A stretch of DNA of 64,000 bases from Bacilli bacterium (GTDB taxonomy: Bacteria > Bacillota_I > Bacilli_A > RFN20 > CAG-826). The stretch is from NCBI GenBank assembly GCA_017540455.1, contig JAFYAZ010000034.1, positions 25,146-89,145 on the forward strand. Reading direction: 5' to 3'. Made by a program: the position numbers and the translations under genes. How positions within the stretch are numbered: position 1 is the first letter of the stretch; each line of letters opens with the position of its first letter. The notes under the pieces were generated by a model. It worked only from the letters and a program-made list of their open reading frames with translations. It had not been told where the DNA came from and made no database searches. Shown here piece by piece: positions 36,550 through 45,418 of the stretch.

Positions 36550-36926
36550 GACTTGGCTGCAACGAATCTAGTGGTCCTCGAAATGAGGGCCATTTTCTTT
36601 TCGTCGAGAGCGATGATGTCCATTAGGGAAAGCTGCTTCTCAAAAGAAAGGATAAGGCAGGCCTTTTTGAAAGCGGAGTTATTCACGATGTACTCTTTTA
36701 CATAGTAAAGTCTCTTGTTTTTCGTATCGATTCCTACATAAAGAGGGTTCTTCATTATGTGAGCGGACTCCTCTACTTTCTTAAGGTAACCGCTTGGCCA
36801 CCTTGAAGCGAATTCTCTAAGTTTCTCTTCGCTGATGTAGCAAAAGATGTTCTCCCCGAAATCGTATCCGAGGGCTTTTTCGACTTTGATGTTGATGCGA
36901 CCTATTCTGACTGGATCTCTATCCAT
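36546..36926 (-). CDS. hypothetical protein (126 aa)
   Basis: Internal start MDRDPVRIGRINIKVEK with a perfect SD (AGTAGGAGGTCAAAAT-ATG). No recognisable motifs. Convergent with, and overlapping by 4 nt, the preceding membrane-protein gene. Confidence 0.55.
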   Translation of the reverse strand: MDRDPVRIGRINIKVEKALGYDFGENIFCYISEEKLREFASRWPSGYLKKVEESAHIMKNPLYVGIDTKNKRLYYVKEYIVNNSAFKKACLILSFEKQLSLMDIIALDEKKMALISRTTRFVAAKS

Positions 36927-36996
36927 ATTTTGACCTCCTACTTTCATATAGAGAGGAAGAGGCTCATTTTCCGAAAAATGTCGCTATAATTTAGGG

Positions 36997-37707
36997 GTGG
37001 AAAAATATAGCAAGAACAACGATACCTCTTACGCGTTAGGCACAACCCTCACGATTGAGATGCTCAAACGCAAAAAATCCGTGGCAAAACGCGTGTATAT
37101 TAACCCAAAACAGAAAAGGGACGAGACTTTTGACAAGCTTGTTTCTTTGGCCAGGGAAGCCAAAATCCCTGTCATTTTGAACAACGAAAAAATCTTCACC
37201 GCTTTATCTGGCAAAGACAATGTCATGGCCATCGGCGAATTCATGAAGTTTGAATCCAAATTAGACGAGAAGAAGAATCACCTTGTCCTCGTTAACCCTT
37301 CCAATATGGGTAACCTTGGAACCATATTGAGATCAGGTGCCGCTTTCGAGATCGGTGGTATTGCCATCATCAAACCAGCAGCCGATTGCTTCGATCCTAA
37401 GTGCGTCCGTTCCTCGATGGGCGCCATCTTCTCTTTGCCTTTCCGCTATTATTCCTCATTTGAGGAATACGAAAAGGAATTCCCTAACCACCACCTCTAT
37501 CCGTTCATGCTTCAGGCCAAGACGGAATTAAGAGAAGCCAAGAAACAAGAACCATATTCTTTGGTCTTCGGTAATGAGGCTACCGGACTTCCTGCCGAGT
37601 ATTTAAAAAAGGGCGATCCTTTGATAATCGCCCAATCAAGTGAAATTGATTCGCTTAACCTTGATAACGCCGTATCGATCGGCCTATATCATTTCAAAAA
37701 CAACTAG
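36997..37707 (+). CDS. TrmH/SpoU-family RNA 2'-O-methyltransferase
   Basis: 236 aa. SPOUT motifs LVLVNPSNMGNLGTILRSGAAFEIGGIAII...LVFGNEATGL. Confidence 0.75.
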   Translation: MEKYSKNNDTSYALGTTLTIEMLKRKKSVAKRVYINPKQKRDETFDKLVSLAREAKIPVILNNEKIFTALSGKDNVMAIGEFMKFESKLDEKKNHLVLVNPSNMGNLGTILRSGAAFEIGGIAIIKPAADCFDPKCVRSSMGAIFSLPFRYYSSFEEYEKEFPNHHLYPFMLQAKTELREAKKQEPYSLVFGNEATGLPAEYLKKGDPLIIAQSSEIDSLNLDNAVSIGLYHFKNN

Positions 37708-38339
37708 TCGATATTCTTTAAGTTGAGATATCTATGCCAGAGGACGGCTAAGGAAGATGCCATGTTGACGTCTTCGATGACGACTCCTGCTGGAACATTG
37801 ATATGGATTGGAGCAAAGTTCCAAATGGCTCTGGCTCCTGATTTCACTGCGAAGTCAGTGACTTTTTGAGCGACATTAGCCGGAACCGTAAGGATGACGA
37901 TGTGGGCTTTATAGTCCTTGATATAACGAGGAAGCTCCTTCATATCGAGGATCTTCTTTCCGTTCGTGAAAGTGCCGATTTTGGCTGGATCCTCATCAAA
38001 GCCCGTCAGGATGGTGATGCCCATTTCCTCAAAGAACGGGTAATTCATGAGAGCGTTGCCTAAGTGGCCTGCGCCGATAAGAAGGGCATTGGCTTGTGAA
38101 CTATATCCAAGGAAGTTCTCAAGGGTCTCAATAAGCTTATCGATATTTCTTCCCTTCTTTGGACGTCCGGCTTCATTGCTTACGAGTTGAAGGTCTTTTC
38201 TGATTTGCTCCTCGCTATAGCCAAGTTCTTTGGCGATGAGAGGCGAAGAAACCGATGTGTACCCCTGCTCTTTTAACTGGCGAAGGTACTTGAGATAAAT
38301 CGGGTATCTTTGGAGTTGGTTTTTGGAATACTTTTTCAT
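37704..38339 (-). CDS. rex: redox-sensing transcriptional repressor Rex
   Basis: 211 aa. N-terminal winged-helix (PIYLKYLRQLKEQGYTSVSSPLIAKELGYSEEQIRKDL) plus a Rossmann fold (LLIGAGHLGNALMNY). Confidence 0.85.
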   Translation of the reverse strand: MKKYSKNQLQRYPIYLKYLRQLKEQGYTSVSSPLIAKELGYSEEQIRKDLQLVSNEAGRPKKGRNIDKLIETLENFLGYSSQANALLIGAGHLGNALMNYPFFEEMGITILTGFDEDPAKIGTFTNGKKILDMKELPRYIKDYKAHIVILTVPANVAQKVTDFAVKSGARAIWNFAPIHINVPAGVVIEDVNMASSLAVLWHRYLNLKNID

Positions 38340-38427
38340 AAGTGGTTTACCGATTTACCGATTATAAAAGGCACAATCTCTTTTGTAAACAAAAAAGATA
38401 ACCGATTTACCGATTTATTTATTCACT

Positions 38428-39693
38428 CTATTTGCAATAATCAGGGAGTTCTTTGATGACGCCTGATTTTATGAGTTTTTTGAAGATCTTTTTAGCGTGT
38501 TCTTTATCTTTCTTATCGGGATAAAGAGTTGGGAAATCTTGGCCGTTTTCGATGTCGTGCATCGCATCGCCGAGCATCTCTTCCATGGCGTCTACCATAC
38601 GAGGCAAGGCAAACTTCTTGGAGAACTCTAAATAGAGGCTGGAAAGTTTCCTCTTCTCTTGGCGGTTCTCATACATGAAGTCGATGCGGTCACAGAGGCT
38701 ATCCGCATCGCCTGCTTTAAAGACGCATTCCTTGTCGTTGAGGGAGAAGGATTTGGTCGCGGATTCATCGGAATCGCTGACGACTGGGACAGCGCCGCAG
38801 GCAAAGGCCTCGATGCAGGAGATTCCTTCGATTTCGTATGTGCTAGCGTGTACATAAAGGTCGGTGTAATTAAGGACTTCGCGGAGTTCCTCTTGCTTGC
38901 AGAACTTGATGATGAGAGGGTTCGCGAGTTTGACTTTTTTCGCAAGTTTCTCGTACTTTTTCTTATTTTGGCCAGCGCCGCAAAGGATGATTTGGATGTA
39001 TTCGTTGAAGCGGGATTTGGCGACCGCTTTGATGATGAGATCCTGCCTCTTCTCATCGGCAAGACGACCGACCATCGTGACGATGAATTTGCCTTGCAAT
39101 TCCTCTGGCTTAAGGATCTCGATCGGGTGGAAGAAATCGGAAACGCCATTTGAGATGACGTGGTATTCGTTTTTCTCATAACCATGGTTCTTAAGGGTGG
39201 TTGCAATCATCTCTGAAGGACAATGGATGCGTTTTGTGTTCTTGTAGATATAGTTGTTAAAGGCCTTATACAAAACATTGTTTGGCCAAGCTCTTGTTCC
39301 ACAACCAAGAGCGCTTGTGATGTTCTGTGGCTGCATATGGAAAGCACCCGTCACCGGTTTATGAAGGGCCTGAGCGATAAGACGAGTCTTATTGGCAAGC
39401 TTGAACGGCAAGAAATAATGGACGATGTCCGCCCATTCCACTGCCTTATACAGAACTTCATAATCAAGATGAGCAAAATTAAAGCCTTCTTTCTCGATGA
39501 TCCATTGGAAGAAAGGGAAACGGAAATTCCTTAATCCGATATAGTTTGGGTCGCTTTCGGTGTTCTTGTCGCCGACCCCGAGGATCTTGACTTCGTGTCC
39601 GCGTTTGCGAAGCTCTTCAGCGAACCTTAAACAAGTGGCACTTGTGCCATTCGTGAGTCTGTTCGCGCATTCAAGGACAAAGAGGATTTTCAT
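38428..39693 (-). CDS. GT4-family glycosyltransferase (possible membrane glycolipid synthase)
   Basis: The start is placed at MKILFVLECANRLTNGTSATCLRFAEELRKRGHEV (39693). GT-B fold with a C-terminal EX7E-like region (YVHASTYEIEGISCIEAFACG). Confidence 0.7.
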   Translation of the reverse strand: MKILFVLECANRLTNGTSATCLRFAEELRKRGHEVKILGVGDKNTESDPNYIGLRNFRFPFFQWIIEKEGFNFAHLDYEVLYKAVEWADIVHYFLPFKLANKTRLIAQALHKPVTGAFHMQPQNITSALGCGTRAWPNNVLYKAFNNYIYKNTKRIHCPSEMIATTLKNHGYEKNEYHVISNGVSDFFHPIEILKPEELQGKFIVTMVGRLADEKRQDLIIKAVAKSRFNEYIQIILCGAGQNKKKYEKLAKKVKLANPLIIKFCKQEELREVLNYTDLYVHASTYEIEGISCIEAFACGAVPVVSDSDESATKSFSLNDKECVFKAGDADSLCDRIDFMYENRQEKRKLSSLYLEFSKKFALPRMVDAMEEMLGDAMHDIENGQDFPTLYPDKKDKEHAKKIFKKLIKSGVIKELPDYCK

Positions 39694-39847
39694 TCTGCGT
39701 AATATTACTATATTTTGTTCAAAAAGGATAGCCTTGTTCTTAAGAACAGACTTTATCATTTTTAAAAAGGCCCGTTTTTTCGCAAAAACCCCTACATTTT
39801 AATAAAAAAGCCCCTTTTTGCAGGGGATTTTTATTGTGTTTTGGTTA

Positions 39848-40864
39848 TTAGAACTTGCCGTCTAATTCGTCATCCATGAGGACGGAACGACCGCATTTCG
39901 GACAACGGTCAACGGTGCCTTTGTAGTATGAGGCGCCACAGTGCTTGCACTGCTTCATGACAATCGAATCTGGGTTCTCGATCTTCTGGGCTTTCGCGTA
40001 ATCCTTCGAGTTGATTTGGCTCTTGATGGTGATGGCCGCCATCGCAACAACGAAGATTTCCCAGATTACGGTGAAGGCGATTAATCCTCCGTCGATATAG
40101 AAGGAATCCTTCATAAGGTTTGGGATGATAAAGTTATAAGCTTCGATGAAGGACTCGCCTACGGTCATCTCTCCGCTTAGGCAATTGTAGAGTTTCTCAT
40201 TGAAGGCGTTCGTAACATTCTCAAAGAGAATGCCATCGGTGTTGTCACCCTGCATCCCTTCAAAAGCGAAGTTTCCTTTGGTCGTCCCTCTATCGCAGGA
40301 ATAGACGATAAGCCAGTGTGACTCATCATCGAAATGGTTGACGTATTGCATATAGGCTTCGTCTTCCAAGGCATAAGTCTTATCGCTGAAGATTCCCCAG
40401 AAATCACGGGTCCACTCACCATTGTTCACTGTGACGATTGATGGGGTGACTCCAGAGGTTTTTCTGAATTCTTCAAAGACGCTTAAAAGCTGAAATTGTT
40501 CCGAAGCGCTAAAAACACCGGCCCCATCATCGAGGACGACGGTTGTGTTGTAGTTCTGTCCAACCCTTTGAGGATGTTGGTTTGCCGTTAAAGCAATAAA
40601 AGCGATCGGCAAAAGGGCAAAAATACCCAAGATGACGTAGCTTAAAGGTCCGGCACTTTTAGGTGTCTGGGTTATATCTTGTGAGCTATAGACGATATGT
40701 GGGACGCCGCGGGAAGTGTAATAAAGCCAAGCGTGGGCTCCTGGGTAATGGAAACGGGAAATGATCGGCGCACTTCTGGCACCGCGTCCATAATGGTGGC
40801 CGCTAAAGCCTCCACCACCATGGAATCCGCCTCCATGGAATCCTCCGCCTGAAGAATGTGGCAT
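39848..40864 (-). CDS. membrane protein with N-terminal Gly/His-rich repeats, extracytoplasmic TPM(YgcG)-like domain between two TM helices, and C-terminal zinc ribbon
   Basis: 338 aa. It begins MPHSSGGGFHGGGFHGGGGFSGHHYG, encoded by a tandem duplication of CCATGGAATCC. TM1 is followed by a TPM-like VVLDDGAGVFSASEQFQLLSVFEEFRKTSGVTPSIVTV. After TM2 there is a CKHCGASYYKGTVDRCPKCG zinc ribbon. Confidence 0.55.
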   Translation of the reverse strand: MPHSSGGGFHGGGFHGGGGFSGHHYGRGARSAPIISRFHYPGAHAWLYYTSRGVPHIVYSSQDITQTPKSAGPLSYVILGIFALLPIAFIALTANQHPQRVGQNYNTTVVLDDGAGVFSASEQFQLLSVFEEFRKTSGVTPSIVTVNNGEWTRDFWGIFSDKTYALEDEAYMQYVNHFDDESHWLIVYSCDRGTTKGNFAFEGMQGDNTDGILFENVTNAFNEKLYNCLSGEMTVGESFIEAYNFIIPNLMKDSFYIDGGLIAFTVIWEIFVVAMAAITIKSQINSKDYAKAQKIENPDSIVMKQCKHCGASYYKGTVDRCPKCGRSVLMDDELDGKF

Positions 40865-41070
40865 AATCTTTAATTCTCTAGTTGTTTTTGAGCCCAGCGG
40901 ACTCTGATAAAGATTATAAATCTTAGCGGGAATTTGAAAACATTTATCGGGGCCTTTTCATAAGAATCGTCACGAAAAACAAGAAAAGGTGATGCAATAT
41001 GCCCAAAATCCTCATTTCTCACTATATTTTGTAGTTGTTTAGAAGCCCGCCAAACGCTAAAATTTCTTAT

Positions 41071-41904
41071 ATGCTTTTTACGATTATCCATGGGATAGTT
41101 TCGCTCAGCATCAGTGCTTGGTTTGGCTATCTCTTCTATACCAACCTCGGTCCATGGTACGCCCTTATCGCCATCCCTTTGACCGTACCGATTTTCTATA
41201 TCCTTTATCTTCTTGTTCTTACCATCCTTTTCCTCTATGCGATGCTTATCAAAAACAAGAAGGCTCCTGAGGATCTAAGCAAATTCTACCTTTGGTTCCT
41301 CCGTCAGAATGACTATCTCCTTATGAGCGTCCTCCGCGTCAAGATCATCATGCGCGGCCAGGAGCTTCTTCCAAAGGGACAGCGTTTCCTTATTGTCACG
41401 AACCACCGCTCCAACTTCGACCAGATGGTCATGATCAAAGCTCTCAAAGAGTCTCCGATGATCTACATCTCCAAACCTGACAACTTCAAGATGCCGATCG
41501 CCGGCCCATTCATCAAGGCCGCCGGTTTCATCCCGATCGACAGAGAGAACCCGACCGAAGGCATCAAGAGCATCGTCAAGGCCATCGATCTCATCAAAGA
41601 AGACAAAGCCTCCATCGCCATCTCACCAGAAGGAACGAGAAACAAGGGCGAAGATATCCTTCTCCCATTCCACCCAGGTTCTTTCCAAACCGCTGTTAAG
41701 AGCGGCTGCCCTATCGTCATCGCCTCGCTTAACGGCACGGCCCAAATCCATAAGAGGAGCCCTTGGAGAAAGACAAAAGTCTACTTCAACATCCTCCGCA
41801 CCCTTTATCCAGAGGATTACGCGGGAATGTCCACGGTCGATTTGGCCAAATTATCCATGAACCTAATAACAGAAAAACTAAATGAGGAGGGTTTAATGTT
41901 ATGA
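41071..41904 (+). CDS. plsC: 1-acyl-sn-glycerol-3-phosphate acyltransferase (LPLAT/PlsC family)
   Basis: The start is placed at the ATG at 41071 (MLFTIIHGIVSL...). HX4D motif NHRSNFD. FIPIDRE and PEGTR blocks. Two N-terminal TM helices. Confidence 0.8.
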   Translation: MLFTIIHGIVSLSISAWFGYLFYTNLGPWYALIAIPLTVPIFYILYLLVLTILFLYAMLIKNKKAPEDLSKFYLWFLRQNDYLLMSVLRVKIIMRGQELLPKGQRFLIVTNHRSNFDQMVMIKALKESPMIYISKPDNFKMPIAGPFIKAAGFIPIDRENPTEGIKSIVKAIDLIKEDKASIAISPEGTRNKGEDILLPFHPGSFQTAVKSGCPIVIASLNGTAQIHKRSPWRKTKVYFNILRTLYPEDYAGMSTVDLAKLSMNLITEKLNEEGLML

Positions 41905-42764
41905 AAAACTATTTGCTTTTCAATCCTTACGCCGATGGCGGAAAGGGAAAAGAGAACGCTGAGGCGCTTCTTCCAGAGATAGCCAAGCGTTTCAAAGAGC
42001 CTGAGACTCTTTCGATGGTCGACCTCGACACCGAAAAGTTCATGAAAGGCTTAGAGAAAGACGACAACGTCGTCATGCTCGGAGGAGATGGCACTCTCAA
42101 CCACTTCATCAACCGCGTTGATGTTGAGAATCTTCCATGCAACTACTATCTCTACCCAAGCGGAACCGGAAACGATTTCCTTAACGATATCAAAGAGGCT
42201 GACAAAGAGAACGAGCCATTCTATCTCTTGAACCCATATCTCAAGAAGCTTCCAATCGTTGAGATCGAAGGCAAGAAATACCGCTTCATCAACGGTATCG
42301 GATACGGCATCGATGGACAGTGCTGCGTCGTCGCCGAAGAAAAGAAGAAAAAAGGCGAGAAAGTCGACTATGGCAAGATCACCGTCGGCCTTCTCTTCAA
42401 AGGATTCACTCCAAGAAACGCCACCATCAAAGTCGATGACAAAGAGGAAATCCAGCTTAAGAAAGTCTATATCTGCTCCACCATGCACGGCCGCTTCTAT
42501 GGCGGAGGCATGAACGTTGCCCCAGAGCAGAAGCGTAACTCCGGCATGCTCACCCTTGCCACCATCTTCGGCAAAGGCAAACTCGGAACCTTGTTGCTCT
42601 TCCCAACTCTCTTCAAAGGCACTCACGTCAAGAAATACCCAAAGAACGTCAAGATCATCCCTGGCAAACGTTTCGAGGTCTCTTATGACACCCCATGCGC
42701 TCTCCAGATCGATGGCGAGGTCGTGAACGACGTCAAGAAGTTCACCGCCTACATCCCTGAATAA
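41901..42764 (+). CDS. diacylglycerol/lipid kinase, DAGK_cat (YegS/DgkB-like)
   Basis: 287 aa. GGDGTLNHFIN catalytic motif. ATGA overlap with plsC. Confidence 0.75.
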   Translation: MKNYLLFNPYADGGKGKENAEALLPEIAKRFKEPETLSMVDLDTEKFMKGLEKDDNVVMLGGDGTLNHFINRVDVENLPCNYYLYPSGTGNDFLNDIKEADKENEPFYLLNPYLKKLPIVEIEGKKYRFINGIGYGIDGQCCVVAEEKKKKGEKVDYGKITVGLLFKGFTPRNATIKVDDKEEIQLKKVYICSTMHGRFYGGGMNVAPEQKRNSGMLTLATIFGKGKLGTLLLFPTLFKGTHVKKYPKNVKIIPGKRFEVSYDTPCALQIDGEVVNDVKKFTAYIPE

Positions 42765-42778
42765 GAGATAAAAGGCAA

Positions 42779-42808
42779 AAGCCCCTGCAAAACGGGGCTT
42801 TTTTGTTA
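42779..42808 (+). terminator. rho-independent terminator after the plsC-dagK operon
   Basis: AAAGCCCCTGCAAAACGGGGCTTTTTTGTTATTTT. Confidence 0.7.
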
Positions 42809-42839
42809 TTTTGTCAAGGATTTTGGCTTTTCATGTGGT

Positions 42840-43556
42840 ATGATATTCAGCATGAAAAACCGCACCGCTTTTTTTATTGTTCCAACCCTTGCTACCATCC
42901 TCTTTGGCTGCGCGCAAGGAACCGTCTCTTTAGAAGAAAGACTCCATAACGCCTACATGGACTCCATCGAGGCGAAAGAAGAGAATATCCGCCCGCTCGT
43001 TAACCTCACCAAAGACGACAAGAAGGTTGAGATGAACGATAAAGGCGAGGTTTTGCTCTTCACCTTAAACCGTTACCCAGATTCCTATCCCGATGGGCAA
43101 GAGATCACGATCACCTGGGGCGAATCATGGCTTTGCTCAGTGAAAGAGTTCGAAAACTGGTACTTAGACAACAAGAGCAACATCAAAGACCCGCTTCTTA
43201 GGGTTAAGCAAGTCCTTGGCATGAGCCACGAGAGCAAGAACACCTACATCAGCTCGTTATGGTTTAGTCCTAGCGATGTGAAGCGCCCTGCTTATGTCAC
43301 CGACGTCACAAAGCAAATGGAGCTTAAGTTCGCTGAGGATGAGAGTGAAGACTATAAGAGTTGGTTCGCCAACCAGTTCTACTACTCCTATGATGTTAGC
43401 AAACTCCCATGGACGAGACTCGGTTACACCTACGATTGGAGTGAGGAAGCCATAGATAGATACGGACTCAGCGAGTTCATCGCCTTCAAAGGCACTAAGG
43501 CCGTAGTTGAAAAGACTCTCCTCGTCGAAGATTATCTGAAGACGTTTGATAAATAA
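42840..43556 (+). CDS. hypothetical lipoprotein
   Basis: 238 aa. Signal plus lipobox (FFIVPTLATILFGCAQG). The start is either 42840 or 42852. Confidence 0.55.
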   Translation: MIFSMKNRTAFFIVPTLATILFGCAQGTVSLEERLHNAYMDSIEAKEENIRPLVNLTKDDKKVEMNDKGEVLLFTLNRYPDSYPDGQEITITWGESWLCSVKEFENWYLDNKSNIKDPLLRVKQVLGMSHESKNTYISSLWFSPSDVKRPAYVTDVTKQMELKFAEDESEDYKSWFANQFYYSYDVSKLPWTRLGYTYDWSEEAIDRYGLSEFIAFKGTKAVVEKTLLVEDYLKTFDK

Positions 43557-43580
43557 TAAAAGCCCCGATTTGGGGCTTTT
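43551..43580. terminator. bidirectional terminator between the lipoprotein gene and the TA operon
   Basis: AAAAGCCCCGATTTGGGGCTTTTTCTTTTATT. Confidence 0.65.
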
Positions 43581-43584
43581 TCTT

Positions 43585-43860
43585 TTATTCGTCGTAGATT
43601 TTGCTTCTATGGCCAACGTTCAAGACGAGAACGATAACCCTGTCATCTTCGATCTTGCAGATAACTCGATAATTGCCGATTCGGTAACGCCACTGTCCAG
43701 ATCGGTTGGAAGTGAGCCCTTTTCCATGAGCTCTTGGATTCTCACATCCATCTATGTTCTTTTTCATCCAAGCATAGATTACGCGAGAAACGGAATTATC
43801 GAGTTTCAGTAAGTCTTTGAGGGCTCCTTTGGAATATTCGAGCTTATAGGACTTCTTCAT
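43585..43860 (-). CDS. type II toxin, RelE/ParE (YafQ/RelE-like) family
   Basis: 91 aa. MKKSYKLEYSKGALKDLLKLDNSVSRVIYAWMKKNI...GQWRYRIGNYRVICKIEDDRVIVLVLNVGHRSKIY, a canonical RelE/StbE architecture. Confidence 0.8.
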   Translation of the reverse strand: MKKSYKLEYSKGALKDLLKLDNSVSRVIYAWMKKNIDGCENPRAHGKGLTSNRSGQWRYRIGNYRVICKIEDDRVIVLVLNVGHRSKIYDE

Positions 43861-44081
43861 AGTATCCCGAGTTTTTTCGCCACTTCTTCACTTGAATAGG
43901 TCACAGGGTCTTTGAGGTATTCGGCATATGCTTTATCGAAAGCCTCTAGATCATATTGGTCCTCAAGCATCTCAAAAAAAGCATCCTTGATGGCCTTATT
44001 CATCGAAATGTCGTTTGCTTTTGCAAAACTATCAAGCGCTTTATATTCCGCATCGCTTAGTCTCACAGATAAAACAGCCAT
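43857..44081 (-). CDS. type II antitoxin (RelB/DinJ-like, RHH)
   Basis: 74 aa. MAVLSVRLSDAEYKALDSFAKANDISMNKAIKDAFFEMLED. ATGA overlap with the toxin gene. Confidence 0.7.
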   Translation of the reverse strand: MAVLSVRLSDAEYKALDSFAKANDISMNKAIKDAFFEMLEDQYDLEAFDKAYAEYLKDPVTYSSEEVAKKLGIL

Positions 44082-44167
44082 GTTATTCCTCCCCTACTTT
44101 TGTAGTCACTACAATTGTAGTTGCTTTGAGCCAATAAGAAAAGCCCCAATGTGGGGCTCGTTTCTTT

Positions 44168-45292
44168 TTAGGCTGTGGCTTTTGCTGCGGTGAAGGTCAA
44201 GGTCGACATATCGATGGTGATATTGTAAGTACCTTCCTCTTTGAAGCGGTAATAAGACCTTGGCTCACCTTTGTATTCGTATTCGTAGAACTCGATGGTC
44301 TCGCTTGAATAGGTGAATGGGAGTTTATTAACGTGCTTGCCATAGAGATCTGGAACTTCCGTAATGTATTGAGGGGTCGTGTACTGGCAAGTAAAGAGAT
44401 ATGGATGGGATGGGTCCACCACTGGATCGGTAAGACGGCTGTTTCCAAGATTTTGCACATAGAACGTTGAATGCTCTTTATCGGCGATTTCGCCACGTAA
44501 GACGTAAGTCTTCTTGTTGAGGTAGAGATTCATCTTGCCATCGAATGTGCTATAGAAGGATTTATCTCTTTCAAGTGAGGTATAGAGGGCAAGGTCTTTC
44601 GAAGAAGAATCGATTGTGAGCTTATACATGCTGATATGGGTCGTGGTATCAACGATTGAACAGCCTTTGCTGACATCGAATTCAACGCCCTTGCACTCAA
44701 GCTCATCAGGGTTTGAAGCACTTTGAGTCATAGAGATGTAGCTCTTGGTCTTGCCGTTATAGAGGTCTGCTTTCTCGATTGGGAAATACTTAGGCTCAGT
44801 GATATCGCTCTTATAAATAACCGACGCTTTCTTGGTTTCGATGTTGAATTTGATCGTGTAGACGCCGTCTTTGAGGACGTTGATGCGGATATCATAGCCT
44901 GCTTCTTTTTCCTCTTCGACGCAGGTTTTGTCATAGCCTTCTTCTAAAGAAGCCCAGAGGTATTTGACATCTTTGGTGACGAAATAGAAATAGTCCTTCT
45001 CATAGAAGTACATGTTGTCGTAGACACGGAGGTTCTTATCATTCTCGTCGAGGTAGAAATACGAGTAATTGGTGAAGTAACCGTTGCACTCAAGGGACAT
45101 AAGGATGTCTTCGCTCGTGTAATAGGTCTGGCTTTCTTCCTGGTTGACGAACTCTGGGATGGATTCGCTTGGGAGAGAGGAAAGATTCTCGTTGCCATAT
45201 TTGATGGCGGCCGCTCCTTCTCCTCCAAAGAATGAGCAAGAGGCAAGGAGTAACGTTGAAAGGGAAATGACACTTAAAGCGGTTTTCTTCAT
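44168..45292 (-). CDS. hypothetical lipoprotein
   Basis: 374 aa. Lipobox MKKTALSVISLSTLLLASCS. Terminator hairpin (GAGCCCCACATTGGGGCTT) just after the stop. Confidence 0.6.
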   Translation of the reverse strand: MKKTALSVISLSTLLLASCSFFGGEGAAAIKYGNENLSSLPSESIPEFVNQEESQTYYTSEDILMSLECNGYFTNYSYFYLDENDKNLRVYDNMYFYEKDYFYFVTKDVKYLWASLEEGYDKTCVEEEKEAGYDIRINVLKDGVYTIKFNIETKKASVIYKSDITEPKYFPIEKADLYNGKTKSYISMTQSASNPDELECKGVEFDVSKGCSIVDTTTHISMYKLTIDSSSKDLALYTSLERDKSFYSTFDGKMNLYLNKKTYVLRGEIADKEHSTFYVQNLGNSRLTDPVVDPSHPYLFTCQYTTPQYITEVPDLYGKHVNKLPFTYSSETIEFYEYEYKGEPRSYYRFKEEGTYNITIDMSTLTFTAAKATA

Positions 45293-45418
45293 AGATGGAC
45301 CTCGGTTCTTATTTTAGTATTTTATACTTAAAATCCTCGGATATCCTGCCAAAAATGAAAAATCGTTTAGACGGTTTATCCAAAAAGGAAAATCCCCAAC
45401 AAAAAAGGGGGTTTTTCA

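Noticed and set aside
40870-41091. 73-aa minus-strand ORF between the TPM-like gene and plsC
   Set aside because: It overlaps the plsC start region and promoter and has no RBS. It is likely spurious.
42051-42626. 191-aa minus-strand ORF antisense to the DAG kinase gene, and similar antisense ORFs inside purL, fhs, purH, purB and purF
   Set aside because: These antisense ORFs have acidic or low-complexity translations with no motifs, whereas the sense-strand gene is strongly supported in each case.
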